From contig QPGO01000006.1 in NCBI GenBank assembly GCA_008632985.1, positions 372,001 to 436,000 on the forward strand: a stretch of DNA of 64,000 nucleotides, written 5' to 3'. The position numbers and the translations under genes are program-made. The stretch is from Psammoneis japonica. Its lineage: Eukaryota. Under the pieces are notes generated by a model. That model searched no databases. It was not told the DNA's origin and saw only the letters and a list, made by a program, of their open reading frames with translations. Positions 37,259 through 49,600 of the stretch are shown piece after piece. Position 1 is the first letter of the stretch. Every line of letters starts with the position of its first letter.

Positions 37259-37754
37259 CGTGGGAGAGAACTCGATCAGCGGTATGTTTACCAGTTGGTT
37301 TCTTTTCTTTCTGTTGTACAGTGTATGTTGTTTGTGCTAAATTTGTGTGTGGCTCTTCTCATGCCTCGTCTCGTCAGTTTGTGAGCGCGAACGCCCAAAC
37401 AGAAGGCAAACGGATATCATCACACCGAATGTGATTACATAAATAAAATATTAAACTTTAAGAATATAAAAAATGAAATGTTTCAGTTTGAAACCGTAAC
37501 GGTTTAATGAGTGATAATGAAGGTCGAAAACGCAAATAAGTATGTCTGCAATTACTCAGAACCTTTATAAACGAAAGAAACCGTCGCGCTGTCTTTATGT
37601 CGGATTTTTATATGTAGCTTTGTCAATGTATAATTCGTTTAAGATTTGAAATTGGCGTATCATATTAATACTCTAATGCTCTAATTAAAATTGAAATTTA
37701 GAAAAAAAATGGCTGTATCCGAGCGACGGCTTGCCCTACAGTACGGTACGACAA

Positions 37755-37910
37755 GCAAGCTCCAAGCTCTCTACTACTCTCTAGAGTAGCCTCTCTAGAG
37801 CTAGCTAGCTAGTAGAGCTCTACCGGTAGTAGAGTAGAGGAGCTCCTAGCTAGAGTAGAGAGTAGCTATCTAGCTAGATACTAGCTAGCTAGCTAGCTAG
37901 AGGTGGTGTG
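37755..37910. repeat. (CTAG)n/AGCT-rich low-complexity tract
   Basis: ctagagtagcctctctagagctagctagctagtagagctc...ctagctagctagctagctag. Confidence 0.85.
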
Positions 37911-37988
37911 ATATGCGTGGTAGACTAGTGTTCCTCCAATCAACCGTATGACGCCAAAAATAACTTGTGTTTCTTAATGTGACTCTCT

Positions 37989-40955
37989 CTAGAAACCAAT
38001 TGTGTCAGGGAAATGTAAATTAGTGGAGTTTCCGCTTGGACTTGCAGATGCACGAATTCGTTGGTTTGTCCTCTCTATCGTGTTGTCGAAATCATCTCCG
38101 ACCTGGGTATAAACACCAATTTTGTTAAGAAATGATCAACAATCAAAGCAAGTTTACTCTTCAGCAAAGTTTTCAGCCTTACTCACCTTTGCGGATGCTG
38201 AATCATCAGACATGGAATATGCCAATGAGTCAAACGTACGAGAACGGCTAAACCCGAACGCAGCGCTTTCTTTCGCGGTAGTGTCGACATTTTCCAATGA
38301 TGGAGTACGAGTAAGTGCCGTAGTCGTATAACTTAGCTCCTTTGGAGATTGTTTTCTTCTCATAAAAGAGTTTGAGAATCGATTTCGTGGTTTTTTCCGT
38401 ACCAAGTTGTGCGCTCGTGGTGTTGACATGTCTGACGCCAAGGTCCTTGGGGTGCCAGTTCCAGACGGAGACATTAAATAATCCCTTGATGCAAAACTAG
38501 TGTTACTAGGCGTGAGTTCCTCTGAGAACGTCTCAGCCAAAAGACTTTCAGCGACAGAATATGACTTGCGATCACCGGTGCGCGACCGTGTTGTGTCAAG
38601 CTGTAGGAACTGAGTCCCAAGGGGAGTATTCTGTGATTTTCTCGAAGCAGAAGATCCGCCATATGATGAACAATCCTGGGACTTATTTGCTCTGCTTTCG
38701 TTAATGGAAGGTAGGGCCTGACGTGCCCCGGTTTTTACTTCATCCAACATCTGTGTTTGAGAAAGGCATTCGTGAGGCGGGGGGGGGGGGTGAAGGATTT
38801 CAGCGACAAAGGATAGTGAATGATAATGACTTACGGTTTCGGCCTCGTGTTGTTCAAGTACTGACGCTGTCACTTTTGCCTCGAGACTACCGCTAAGACT
38901 ATTTAGTTTTGCGCTCGAAACAGATGATGCCACACTGTTTGATTCCAGACTATTTGGGCTCACAGGTCGGGAGCTTGTTGAACTTGGATTGCTTTCCAGG
39001 CTAGAGCTCCAGATATCATCAGCAGTGATAACTTCCCGACTCCTTCTACTCCTGCAAAATAGAAATGCACCAAGGGCTAGTACAACGGCGCCACTGGACA
39101 CTGCAATAGCGAAAATGACGCTGGGAAAGCTACCGGAATCTCCTGTAGTAGTTGTGTCGTCTTTGAGACCATCACTAGCAGCGTTGGGGGCCGCCCTCTC
39201 AGTGGTCTGAAAGAAATCTGCCGCTTGGTTGAGCTGGAACTGAAACGATCCAAAGTTTGACATTATGACTCGTTCAATAGCAAAGGAGAAACTTGATGCA
39301 TTCATAAAATCTTCTGATGGTTCCATATTAGCATTTACGTCCATTTCAACGGTGAGCAGATAGGGAGCGGGTACATCTTGTTTGACGATTTCGACGGAAG
39401 TTACATCAAGAGAGCCTTCTATTGCAGCTGCCAAATTGTCAGAAATAAATTGTTTTGTTGTTGTTTCGAATATGGTTATTGTGGCATCGTCCATTGTTTC
39501 GTTTTCGGATGATGTTTCGACCGTCAAGGCCTGTCGTGTGCTCAAGAGTAGGTAGACAGTTTCAGTCGGGGATTGACTTGGCGAAAGTGTCGGTGTCAAA
39601 GAAGCGATATCAGCAAGAGCGTCGGCAGTAGGGACTAGACTCGGGGGCGTTGTTGGCTTTGGAGACGGAGCGTCAGTTGGAGAAGCCGACGGGCTATCCG
39701 TAGGAGTGGCTGACGGTTCACTAGTGGGGACTAGACTCGGACGCATTGTTGGGTTTTGAGATGGAGCGTCTGTTGGAGAAACCGACGGGCTATCCGTAGG
39801 GGTGGCAGATGGTTTACTGGTGGGGACGTGACTCGGAGGCATTGTTGGGCTTTGAGATGGAGCATCTGTTGGAGAAGCCGACGGGCTATCCGTAGGGGTG
39901 GCAGATGGTTCACTGGTTGGTGTGCTTGAATGCGAAGAAGTCGGAGAACTTGTCGGTGTGCTTGAAGGTGAGTCTGTCGGTGAAGCAGAGGGAGAAGTCG
40001 ATGGAACAGCCGTAGGACTCGCAGATGGCAATGCAGTCGGATATGAGGAAGAAGTCTCTGTTGGTGGAGCTGATGGAATCTCAGAAGGAGACGTAGTGGG
40101 GAATGCTGAAGGTAGTGAGCTTGGGGTAGCAGTTGGAGTTCCGGAAGGAGTCTCTGTTGGGCCTTCCGATGGAGTAGATGACGGGTTTGCAGATGGAAAA
40201 GCAGTTGGAGATCCGGAAGGTGTCTCTGTTGGACCTTCCGATGGAGTACCAGACGGTGATGAAGTTGGGCTGTTGGATGGAACATCGGTTGGGTTGCTTG
40301 ATGGAGTACTAGTTGGGCTACTAGACGCACTTTCTGTGGGACGACTTGATGGCTTGCTTGTTGGTGTACTTGACGCATCATCAGTTGGATTACTTGACGG
40401 TGTGCCCGTTGGGCTGGTGGATGCGGTTTCCGTAGGCTGACTCGATAGCTTGTTTGTTGGTGCACTGGACGGCGATATAGTTGGCCTAAGTGTCGGCGCG
40501 CTCGTGGGACTGCTTGACGATTCCACAGTAGGATTCGTTGTAGGAGGTGTGGTTGGATCTAGGGTAGGATTTGACATGGGATCTGATGTAACTGGGGGGG
40601 TGGGTTCCGGGGTTGGTACCGGTATCGGACTGGAGGTAGGAGGATGAGTCGGAGGCTCGGTCGGCGGAAGTGTGCTATTGGTTTCAGGAGATTCTGTCGA
40701 AACAGCTGTTGGCGCAGGAGATGGCTCAGGCGCAGGACGTTTACTTGGTGACGGCGATGGCGGGGACGGTTGCGTTGTAACTTGCGGATCTGGTGGGTCA
40801 TCTTTTGCTGCATAATCGCCGCCATCTGTTGGCGCCGTTGTCGCTTGCATGTTCTCTGCATTTAATGACGGAGACGACGGCGATGGTGTCTGTGAAAACA
40901 CAACGTCCACTCCACTTCCCAGCAGCAGAATCAGCAGCGCTTTTCTCTTCGTCAT
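37989..40955 (-). CDS. Type I membrane mucin-like (PT/PS-rich) protein, paralog of the 30797-37258 gene
   Basis: Signal peptide MTKRKALLILLLG, PT/PS repeats, one juxtamembrane domain, TM. Predicted 84-nt intron 38103-38186 (AAG|GTGAGT..CCCAG|GTC) and last exon VGDDFD..PDTIGF*. Confidence 0.85.
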
Positions 40956-41375
40956 TGTTTTGCAAAGTAATGGATAAAAGGTATCGTAGGACAGCTTCAA
41001 AACAAATATTGCATTCGATGTTTTCGTCTCTGCGGTCGTGTGTTGTTCGTGCAAAAATGGACGGGCTCGAGCGGCGATGATTCATTTTGTGAGCGATTGC
41101 AAGTCATCGGATAAACAGAACACCAACGGACATTTCATTTCATCTTTTTTGATAGTGGTCTTTCCTGCAATATTATTGACTGTATACCAAATATAGAATA
41201 TTTCCAAAATTTTATTTAATCAACGGCTACTCACACATGAAAATTTCAAATGCATACTATATGTAAATGTACAATAATAATTAAATGTCGGATCGGCTTC
41301 ATAAATGTCGACCGGCGTGAGAGATTCATTTGATTTTTTTTTTTTTCCCACGGCCACCATCAGCAGCGACGACAC

Positions 41376-44300
41376 TTGAAACCATCCAGTCCGCTGCGAC
41401 TGTCGCTGCTCAGTGGCTGCCAGCAGGGCAGTTGACATTGCGTTGGGAGTTCGCAGCCAGCAGTTTGGAGTGCACCCACCCAAAGCCCAAAACCTTGCTG
41501 AGCTCCAAATGTTGGGACTTGAGCCCCCAGAGAGCTGGAGGCAAAGAAGGAGAGAGATGAGGCGGGACGGTCAAACCCTCTGCAGCTCTGGTGGAGCTCT
41601 CTCTATCTTTGCATTGCAACAACAAGAGGCTGCAACAACAACAGCTTGTCAAGGCTGGAGAGAGCACTGCTGGCATTGCTTCAACTCTTCTTGCTGTGCC
41701 CGCCAAGAATGTGCGGCCGGTGTGGGCGCGATCTGCTGTCCTCTGGCGCTGGTGGCGCGCAGCGGCTCTCTCATTGCACATGCCTCACTTCTGTCTCCCC
41801 CCACCCTCCCCAAATGAAGATGCTTTGAAACCAGTCTTTTGCGACTCTGTCGCCACAGCTGGGGCAGTTGATGTAGTTCAAAGCCAGCAGTTTGGAGTGC
41901 ACCCACCCAAACAAGACAAAACTTCACTGTGAGCTCCCAATGTTGCTGGGACCTGAGCCCAGAGCCACAAGCCAGCTGCACAACACATTGACTGGGTGCA
42001 AGACTTCAATGGAGAAGAGAGAAAGCTGGGAGCCATGCCCAGCTCTGGGTGTTGTGCCCAACCTTGGAATGTGCAGAAACATTGTGATGGTGGCCAGTGC
42101 GGGAGCAGGGGTCTTTGCATGTGGGTGGCTGGTGAAGTGGGGAACAGCAAAAATGTCTTCAGCTGAGGTCATCTGGAGGATGTGTCAGATCTGAGTTGTT
42201 GCACTTGATGGTGAACACACCACAGGAAGGCACTGCCAGACAGTGTCTCCTGCCAACAAGCAGCAGAGTCACAAAGACAATGTTTTGCCCAGGTGCATGG
42301 CCCTGACGGTGCTGGGTCAGACAGATTGGGTGTGCGCCAACATCATCGGCCTTGTCAATGCATTCTGCAGCAGCCCACAGGTGCTTGAGCACAGGATTGG
42401 ACTTGACAAGTTGGCTGGTGCCATCACTGACATCATGAAAGACATTGACAGCAGTGCATTTGTTGGCACCTGGGTGTGGTCGAGACAGGACATGGTGGGC
42501 AGACATGGCAGCCCAAGACTTCTTGGCAGGGCACATGAGAGGGTTGTGAGTTCAGTGCTTGGTGACCATGGCATCTGCCTCATCATTCTTCCTGACACAA
42601 AGGTGGTGAATTTGCTGTCAGCAATGCATGGCTCCAGGTCATTGTGAGGCACTTCTTGACTCCTGTGAAAGAAAAAAATGCAAGTTGGCAAGGGTGAGCA
42701 GCTTTGTGCATGCTGTTTCTCACCAGACACAGTCAAAGGTGCCCAATGTTCACACAAGCACATTGCAAAAAAGAACATGCCCCATGAGCAAGTTTGCCAC
42801 TTGCCTTGTTGAGGTCAGCACCCATGGACTGGGAGAGAAGCACCTGCAGGAGATGGGGCATGATGGCCTTTTCATTGGTTTTTTGCCAGGGTCCAGATTG
42901 GGGTGTCCCTTCAGCTGTCCCAGCACAGAAACTGGCAGAGTTGGATGGGTTCATTGTGGATGGGTGAAGGGTGACCACTGGCAGTGAGCCCCACTGGCCT
43001 CAGCCACAGCATCGTCAATGGTGGCATGGATTGTGTCAGATGCTGGTGCCAAAGCTGATTTTGCATGCACGGGACTGGTCTGGAGCACATTGGCTTGGAC
43101 ATGAGGTTGATTTGCTGAAGAAAAAAAACAGGTGCAGTGGCCCCTGTGGTGATCTGCCTTGTTTCTGGGAAGTTCTGGTGCCAATGCCTTCACACAGCAG
43201 GCTCCTTGAGCAGCCATGTCACAACTTGCAACATGAGCTTGGGCAGCACAGGACACAGTTAGAGTCAAGTTGGAACCTGGAACCTGGAACCTGAGTGGGG
43301 AGGAAGAGGAAGCAATGGAACATGTCAGTCAGAGCTGTGCCAAGGAGAGGTGGGTGCAATGGGAGAGGGAGTCAGCAACCAGGTTCTGCTTTCCAGCTGA
43401 CCATTGATGCCCATTGTGCAGACAGTGCCCCTCCTTCAGAGTGGACATGGCCAAGGCATGTGCCACTCATCATCAAAGTTCAATTTTCCCATCCAGCTGG
43501 CTGGCAGCAGAGGAGATGTGATCACCTTGTGGCAGGTGCTGGCATGACTCTGGTGGGGGGCTGGCCAAGTGGAGGTCCATGTGATGCATGATGTGGCATG
43601 CCAAGAATTCCAGGGTGTTCAGGATGGCTTGATGGTGTGCAGGTGAGGAGGAAACTCCCATTGCCATGCAACATTGGACATGGTGGTGAGTGCAAAAACC
43701 CCAATGCTGCACTTGCAAGCATCCAACAAGTCAATGGATGCCCACTCAGGGAGATCAGCAGGGCAACATTTGGGCTGATGCCAGAGGCAGCACATGGCAG
43801 GAACACCAGTCATGGGATCAGATCTGCACACTCCTGAACCCATGACAAGACAACACCCTGCACCCAACACCATTGAGCTGCACAAAGGGCTTTGGCAAGC
43901 TGACCATGAAATGGTGCACCACAGGGTGGGATGATGAACACAATGAAGCCAAGAAATGTCTGACAAGGAACTCAGGTTGTGCCTTGCCAACACACAATGA
44001 GACTTTGACAGCATGTCACCATGAACAGAGGTCGTCCACACAGCCACTTTCTTCTGTGGCAAGGCAACGGACAAGGCAACAGTGTCAACCAACCATCCCA
44101 ACATGGGGTCTGGACATTGGCCAGAGTGGCCTCCACTGAGAATTTTGTGCAAGCAAGGAGATCCTTTTGCAGGATGGTCTCAAGCTGTGATGCACCATGC
44201 ACCAGGAGGACAGCCAGGAAGGTGCAGGATGAAGGGGGCTGCAGATCCACCATGGGCACAATTGTGCTCCAAGAATGTGGTGAAGATGTGTTCAATGCAG

Positions 44301-46543
44301 ATGTTAAACTTCGGTGCAGAATCTGGCAGAAAGTTCATGGCTGGCTCAGTCCAGCACAGTGGAAGAGAAGAAGGCAGTGTCAGCTGTGTCCAGCAATGGC
44401 ACAGGAGGCAGCAATGCATTTGCTGCTGTGAATGGCAGGTGCTGGAAGGGTCCCAGAAAGCATGTCAGAGACAAGGTCATTGTGGAGATTGTGCACACCA
44501 TGCCAGCTTGTCAACATTGGACCAGAGGCTTGGGTTGGCAGCACTGCCAAAGGTGAGGTGGAGGGTGCAAAATGCAAAAGGTGTCAACAGCAACAATGGC
44601 TTGTGCCATTGACAAAGGGTGCAACAGGTGCAGTTGCTGGCAAGGCAAGTTTCAGCTGACCTTGGTCTGGAAGATGTGTTGATTGGGGGGAATGTGCATG
44701 GGGAGGTGCGCAACGTGGTGAATGCACCACAGCGCATTGCCCAGCCAAAGCAATGTGGGGTTGGGTTGGCCATGTGGACCCCACCAGTGGCTGCACCATC
44801 AACCTTCAGAGATGATTTGTGTTTGGCAAGGTTGTGCAGGAACCCAAACTTGGGGTGATGGCACCATCAAGCCTGCCTGGGAAAGGAGGAGGCAGATGGG
44901 TGTTTGCACACACAACAGCTGCTGAGAGAGACAGAGACATTGGAAACTCAGCCAACAGCCACTCTGTGCTAGCATCAACAACCAATGGACTCCTCATCCA
45001 AGACCAGCTTGGCCATGTTGACAGGGCAAGAGTTGTTCAACATGGAGCAGCACCAATTGCAAAGAGGGGCAGGCTTGCTGCCCACAGGTGGATCTGGCAC
45101 ACTCTCCTGCTCATCATCCCAGCTGGCCCGGCCCTGCATCCTCCTCATGAGAGCCAGCTGGGGAGAGGGCTGGGCCACTGCCCACAGTGGGGAGTTGCTG
45201 CAAGGGATGCCCCCCACACATGTCAGTTGGCTGGAGTCAGCACTTGTTTGTTGGAGTTTGGCTTTCTGGGCAGTGACCCAGGCTGCCATGTTGGCATCTG
45301 AGTGGATGGCATCAGGTCCCTTGCAGCTGTCTTTTTGATTGTGACATCTTGGTTTTGCATGTCAGGGCTGGCAAAGTGCCATTTGGTGCAGACAACACTG
45401 CCAAAAAGGTTGGGACAGCAAGCAAGAATGTGCCATCTGATTTTTCTTGATGTGCCATGGGGCAGACATCATCATGCTTTTGTCATGTCATCATTCTCTT
45501 GACTGTGAAGCCTGGGGATCACTTGGCACATTTTGCTGGTGGCAGCAATTCTGGGTTGTTGAGTGCCCTGTGGCCTGACCCTTGTCAGCCAGTGTCTGCA
45601 GGATGCACTGGCCATTGTGAAGGTGCTCACAGAGGCTGGCAGCATGCTGTGGTGCACTGGAAACAAATGACCCTGCTTGTCACCCAGCAGAGCCTGGGTG
45701 CAAGCATCACAAGGTGGCATTGCATTTTCGTGTGTTGATGCAATGTGAGAATTTCAAGGGGAAGGACTTGTCCTTCTGCAGCATGCTGTCATGGTCAGCC
45801 TCATTGTTGCTCATCATGTGAGAGAGCAGAGCAGAGGGGGGTGGAGACCAGCAATGATGGGGCTGTTGTCCCCAAGGATTCCAGCCACCAGATGCAACAG
45901 AAAGAGTCATCATCAGCATCTTGTCCAAAAGGTGTTGGCATTGCATGGAATGAGGAGTGTTGCCTTGGTTGGTTGCCTTGGCAACATTGGTGCTGGTGGT
46001 GAGTCCAGCACTTTTTTCTGTTTTCATGTGGAAGAACATGTGACATCCTGTGCATGGGTGGGCACAGCATTTTCTTGGAAAAGCAAGAAAATGTGATGCT
46101 GCAGGCTTTGGGTGAGTTGGCTGCAGAGTCCAACAAAGCTTGCCCAGGCAGAGCACTTGGCATGTGGAAAGAGGGAGGCTCACTCTGCACTTGTGAGCAC
46201 ATTGTTGAGGATGTGAGTGGTCAACTGCTTTCTTTGCAGCTGTCCAGTCCAGCAATTCCTTGCACACATCACTGCTGGCTTTGCGCATGCACACCAAGCC
46301 CCCATTGTTGACATCAATGGTGCCAGAGGGGTTGGGAGTTCTGAAGCATGTTGAGGGTCATGCTCTCTCTGAACCCTTTTCAAACCTGTTTTTTGGTGTG
46401 CAATGGATGTGCAGCAGGCTTCCCAAGTCAAGATGTGCAAGAGCATGGTCAGGGTCAAAGGGCAGGGGAAAGGAAAAATTGCACCCTCTGCAGCTCTGGT
46501 GGAGCTCTTGGCATTGCAACAATGAGAGGCTGCAACAAAAACA
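41376..46543 (-). mobile_element. Decayed tyrosine-recombinase retrotransposon (Ngaro/PAT-like, split direct repeats)
   Basis: RT remnants LHLTFGSAANPSLWS, PKFNICIEHIF, MLGWLVDT..LPQKK..W. RNase H remnants DACKCSIG, LNTLEFLA. YR remnants CPAKKSWAA, DVGAHPI, LLVGR. Repeats A (46483-46543 / 41575-41643) and B (~41820-41965 / ~41376-41532). Confidence 0.75.
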
Positions 46544-46604
46544 AGGGTGGTGGCGCATCCAAGGGCGCATCGAGGCCTGAAGTGCGCGCGTGTTGTTGCG
46601 CTGA

Positions 46605-49600
46605 GATGCCGGGACAACAAGCGCGCATTCGTGCCCCAGGGCAGGAAAGCGCCCTGCAGCCGATCGCTGGGCAGGGCGCCAGACATCGCAAAGATGTCAA
46701 GCCTCAACATGCATTTGGCACCCGCCGCCCGCCGCGCCACCGCCCGCAGAGATGACATGGCACTGAAGACTGCTGCAACAAACGCTCATAAAATGAAGCC
46801 ACGAAATCGCTTTTGTGAACAAGCTCTGTTGTTCTGTTGCATCAAACGCAGGACCAACACGAAGCCAAGCAAGGGAGCAATCAAAGCCCTCATCAGGGAA
46901 GGTCTTGATGATTGTGATTTTAAAGAGACAGAGCACAACACATCAGTTCAAGCGGGTGAAATGAGACGACCACGTCAAAATGCTCCATCACACCATGAAT
47001 TCGAGAACAGGCACCACATGGAGGAAGAGACATTTTACATTTTAGTTGATGCTCCATGTGAGGATGCAACAGCAAAACTTGCAAAATCATGAAAGCTGTG
47101 GCATTGCTGCAATTGCTGGCATGCAGATCACTCCAGACAACATGAACTCAAAGTCAATCCAATCAACCCGACAACAACTTCACATTTTTGGTTTTGATTT
47201 TGAGCACAGTTGTACATGCAACATTGTGTCTGTGCAGTTTACATTCTGATGGACTGGTGGAACTGAATCTGCTGGGGCCTGGTCTCCAACACATGCTGTG
47301 ATTCGCATTGTGTCCACTTCCGTGCTGTGCCATTTTGTCGTGAAACTCTTTGAGCTGGCGATTGAAGTGCGCACGCTGCTCTTTTTTGTTTTCGATTTCT
47401 ATTTGGGTCTCGTAGATTTCTGGAAATGTAGATTCTTGCAAGTCAGGTGCGTCATACAAACCACCAGAGTCGGCATCGGATTCGTTGAAGTCACGCCACG
47501 CTCTGTCCTTGGATGCCTTGTTTGATGCCTTTTGAGGCTTCTTGGCATTGCTGCCATTGTTGGCACTCGATTTAGGCAATTGGCGAGCAACAGATTTGCT
47601 GTGTGATCCTTCCGGAAGTTCACCTTTCAAGAAAATGAACCGAGTGTACAATTTGAGGACGCATGACGAGTTGGATTTTAATTGAAGAAACATGAAAGAG
47701 CAATCGGCGCCAGATCTGACATACAAAAAAATAAATCTTGGGTTCAAAATTTCAAATTCAACAGACACTAGACCCTCATTGACGGATTTAACATGGCATG
47801 GAGCGAAGTGACGTCACCTCGCGAACACCGTTGGCCATGTTGGACGACACCAACAATGGCAACAATGGCGGTTCCAAATTGACGCCCACGAAACCCCCTG
47901 CCAAAAGAGCTGGAGTGGAGACTCGAGACCTTGCCCTTCTTGCGAGTGAGGAAGTGCAAGCAAAGAGATTGAGCGAGAAGACGTTCTGCAATTGCACCTT
48001 GGGGTCAACTTGCCAAACACGTGCTTGCTCATGCTACAAACAATGACCAACCGTGTGCCAACTGTGTTTGCTTCCACAAATGTAAGAACAAGGAAGGACT
48101 CCCAACTTGCAGTGTAAGTGACAGGAATTCGGATGAGAAGACACGGAAACTTCTAACCTCCCCGGAAACCAGTCCACTTCAACCGAAGATTTGTCAATTC
48201 ATCAACGACACCCCTGATGATGCCAACAAACAAAACAAAAACAAGGCCAACACCAAAGCCAACAAAGAGAACATCGCGCCCAACAATCAGAGGATGGATG
48301 CTGACGAGGGTGGAAATGATGAGGAGGTCACTGCCACCACAAGGGACAGTGAGCGGTCGGAGGACAGATCGGGCTCGGAGGGAGCTGTCATTCCGTCAAT
48401 TGACGACACCAGTGACACACCCAACGACTTCAATTCAGACGCAGAACGGATCATCTGCGAGACACACGGCGAGACATGTCACCTTGGTGATGGCACTGAG
48501 CTGGATGGTGGGACACTGGACGACAAAACGTGGCAAGAGCATTGGCGCCGGCCAATGCCCTGTCCATCGCAACGATGCGACGCACCAAATGGCTCGGTTG
48601 GCAAACGATTCATCACAATGTTGGCAGAACTGCTAGATGGAGTCACGAGGCGGAAGTGGAACTCGGAAAGATTCACAGCACATCAGACGGTTGTTTTACA
48701 GCGAGACCACAACGTCAAAGGAGCCAAAGACATCAGAACTTTGCTCAGCACGCGCATGGACGATTGGGACGCGGGTGAGCACAAAATGCTGGTCCAATCA
48801 ATGGAACGGCTACTTGAAGCAAACCCAAAAACCACTCAAAGGGAGGAAACGCCTGAGCAGCGCGCCAAGCCATTCAACAGAATGGTGCTCCAAGGGAACC
48901 TACGAGGAGCGGTTGGGTGCATCTCTGAATGTGAAAAAGGTGGGATTCTGTCGCCGGATGACATTGATGAAAAGACCAACGACACAGTGTTTGAAGTCCT
49001 TCAGAAGAAACATCCAAACCAAAGGATCCCGGATGAAGACCACTTTCACAAATTCAGCAAACTACCTGAACTCCAGGACACACTCATCACCGACGGCACC
49101 ATCGAAACCGTTGCGCGGAGACTGTCCGGAGGCGCAGGACTTGGCGGGTCTGATGCCAACGCAGCATCAGAGTGGCTTCTCCATCACGGAAAAGCCAGCG
49201 GATTGCTTGGAGAAGCGTCATGCATGTTCGCAAACTGGCCAGCAAACGAGTCCCCCCCATGGGCCGCATGCCGTGCAATCATGGCGAAGAGACTCGTCGC
49301 ACTGGACAAAAATCCAGGCGCACGCCCGGTCGGCACAGGGGAGGTGTGGCAACGAGCCACCACCAAAGCCGTTCTCCCAGTTGCTGGAGCAGAAGCCAAG
49401 GAAGCCTGTGGGACAGATCAGCTTTGCGCGCTGGACTAGAAGCAGGCATCGAAGGTGCCGTTCACACGATGAACCCACTCTGGGAGCAACACAAATTCGA
49501 AGACGACTGCGGTTTCCTCTTTGTCGACGCCTCCAACGGATTCAACAAAGAGAATCGGATCCTCACGCCACACAACGCAAGGCACATGTGGCCATCGGGC

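Noticed and set aside
41330..47250. Dense overlapping Cys/His/Trp-rich ORFs in all six frames (also 14500-17550 and 200-1950)
   Set aside because: Loss of TA removes TAA/TAG stops and Tyr codons, which creates spurious ORFs. They are not metal-binding proteins.
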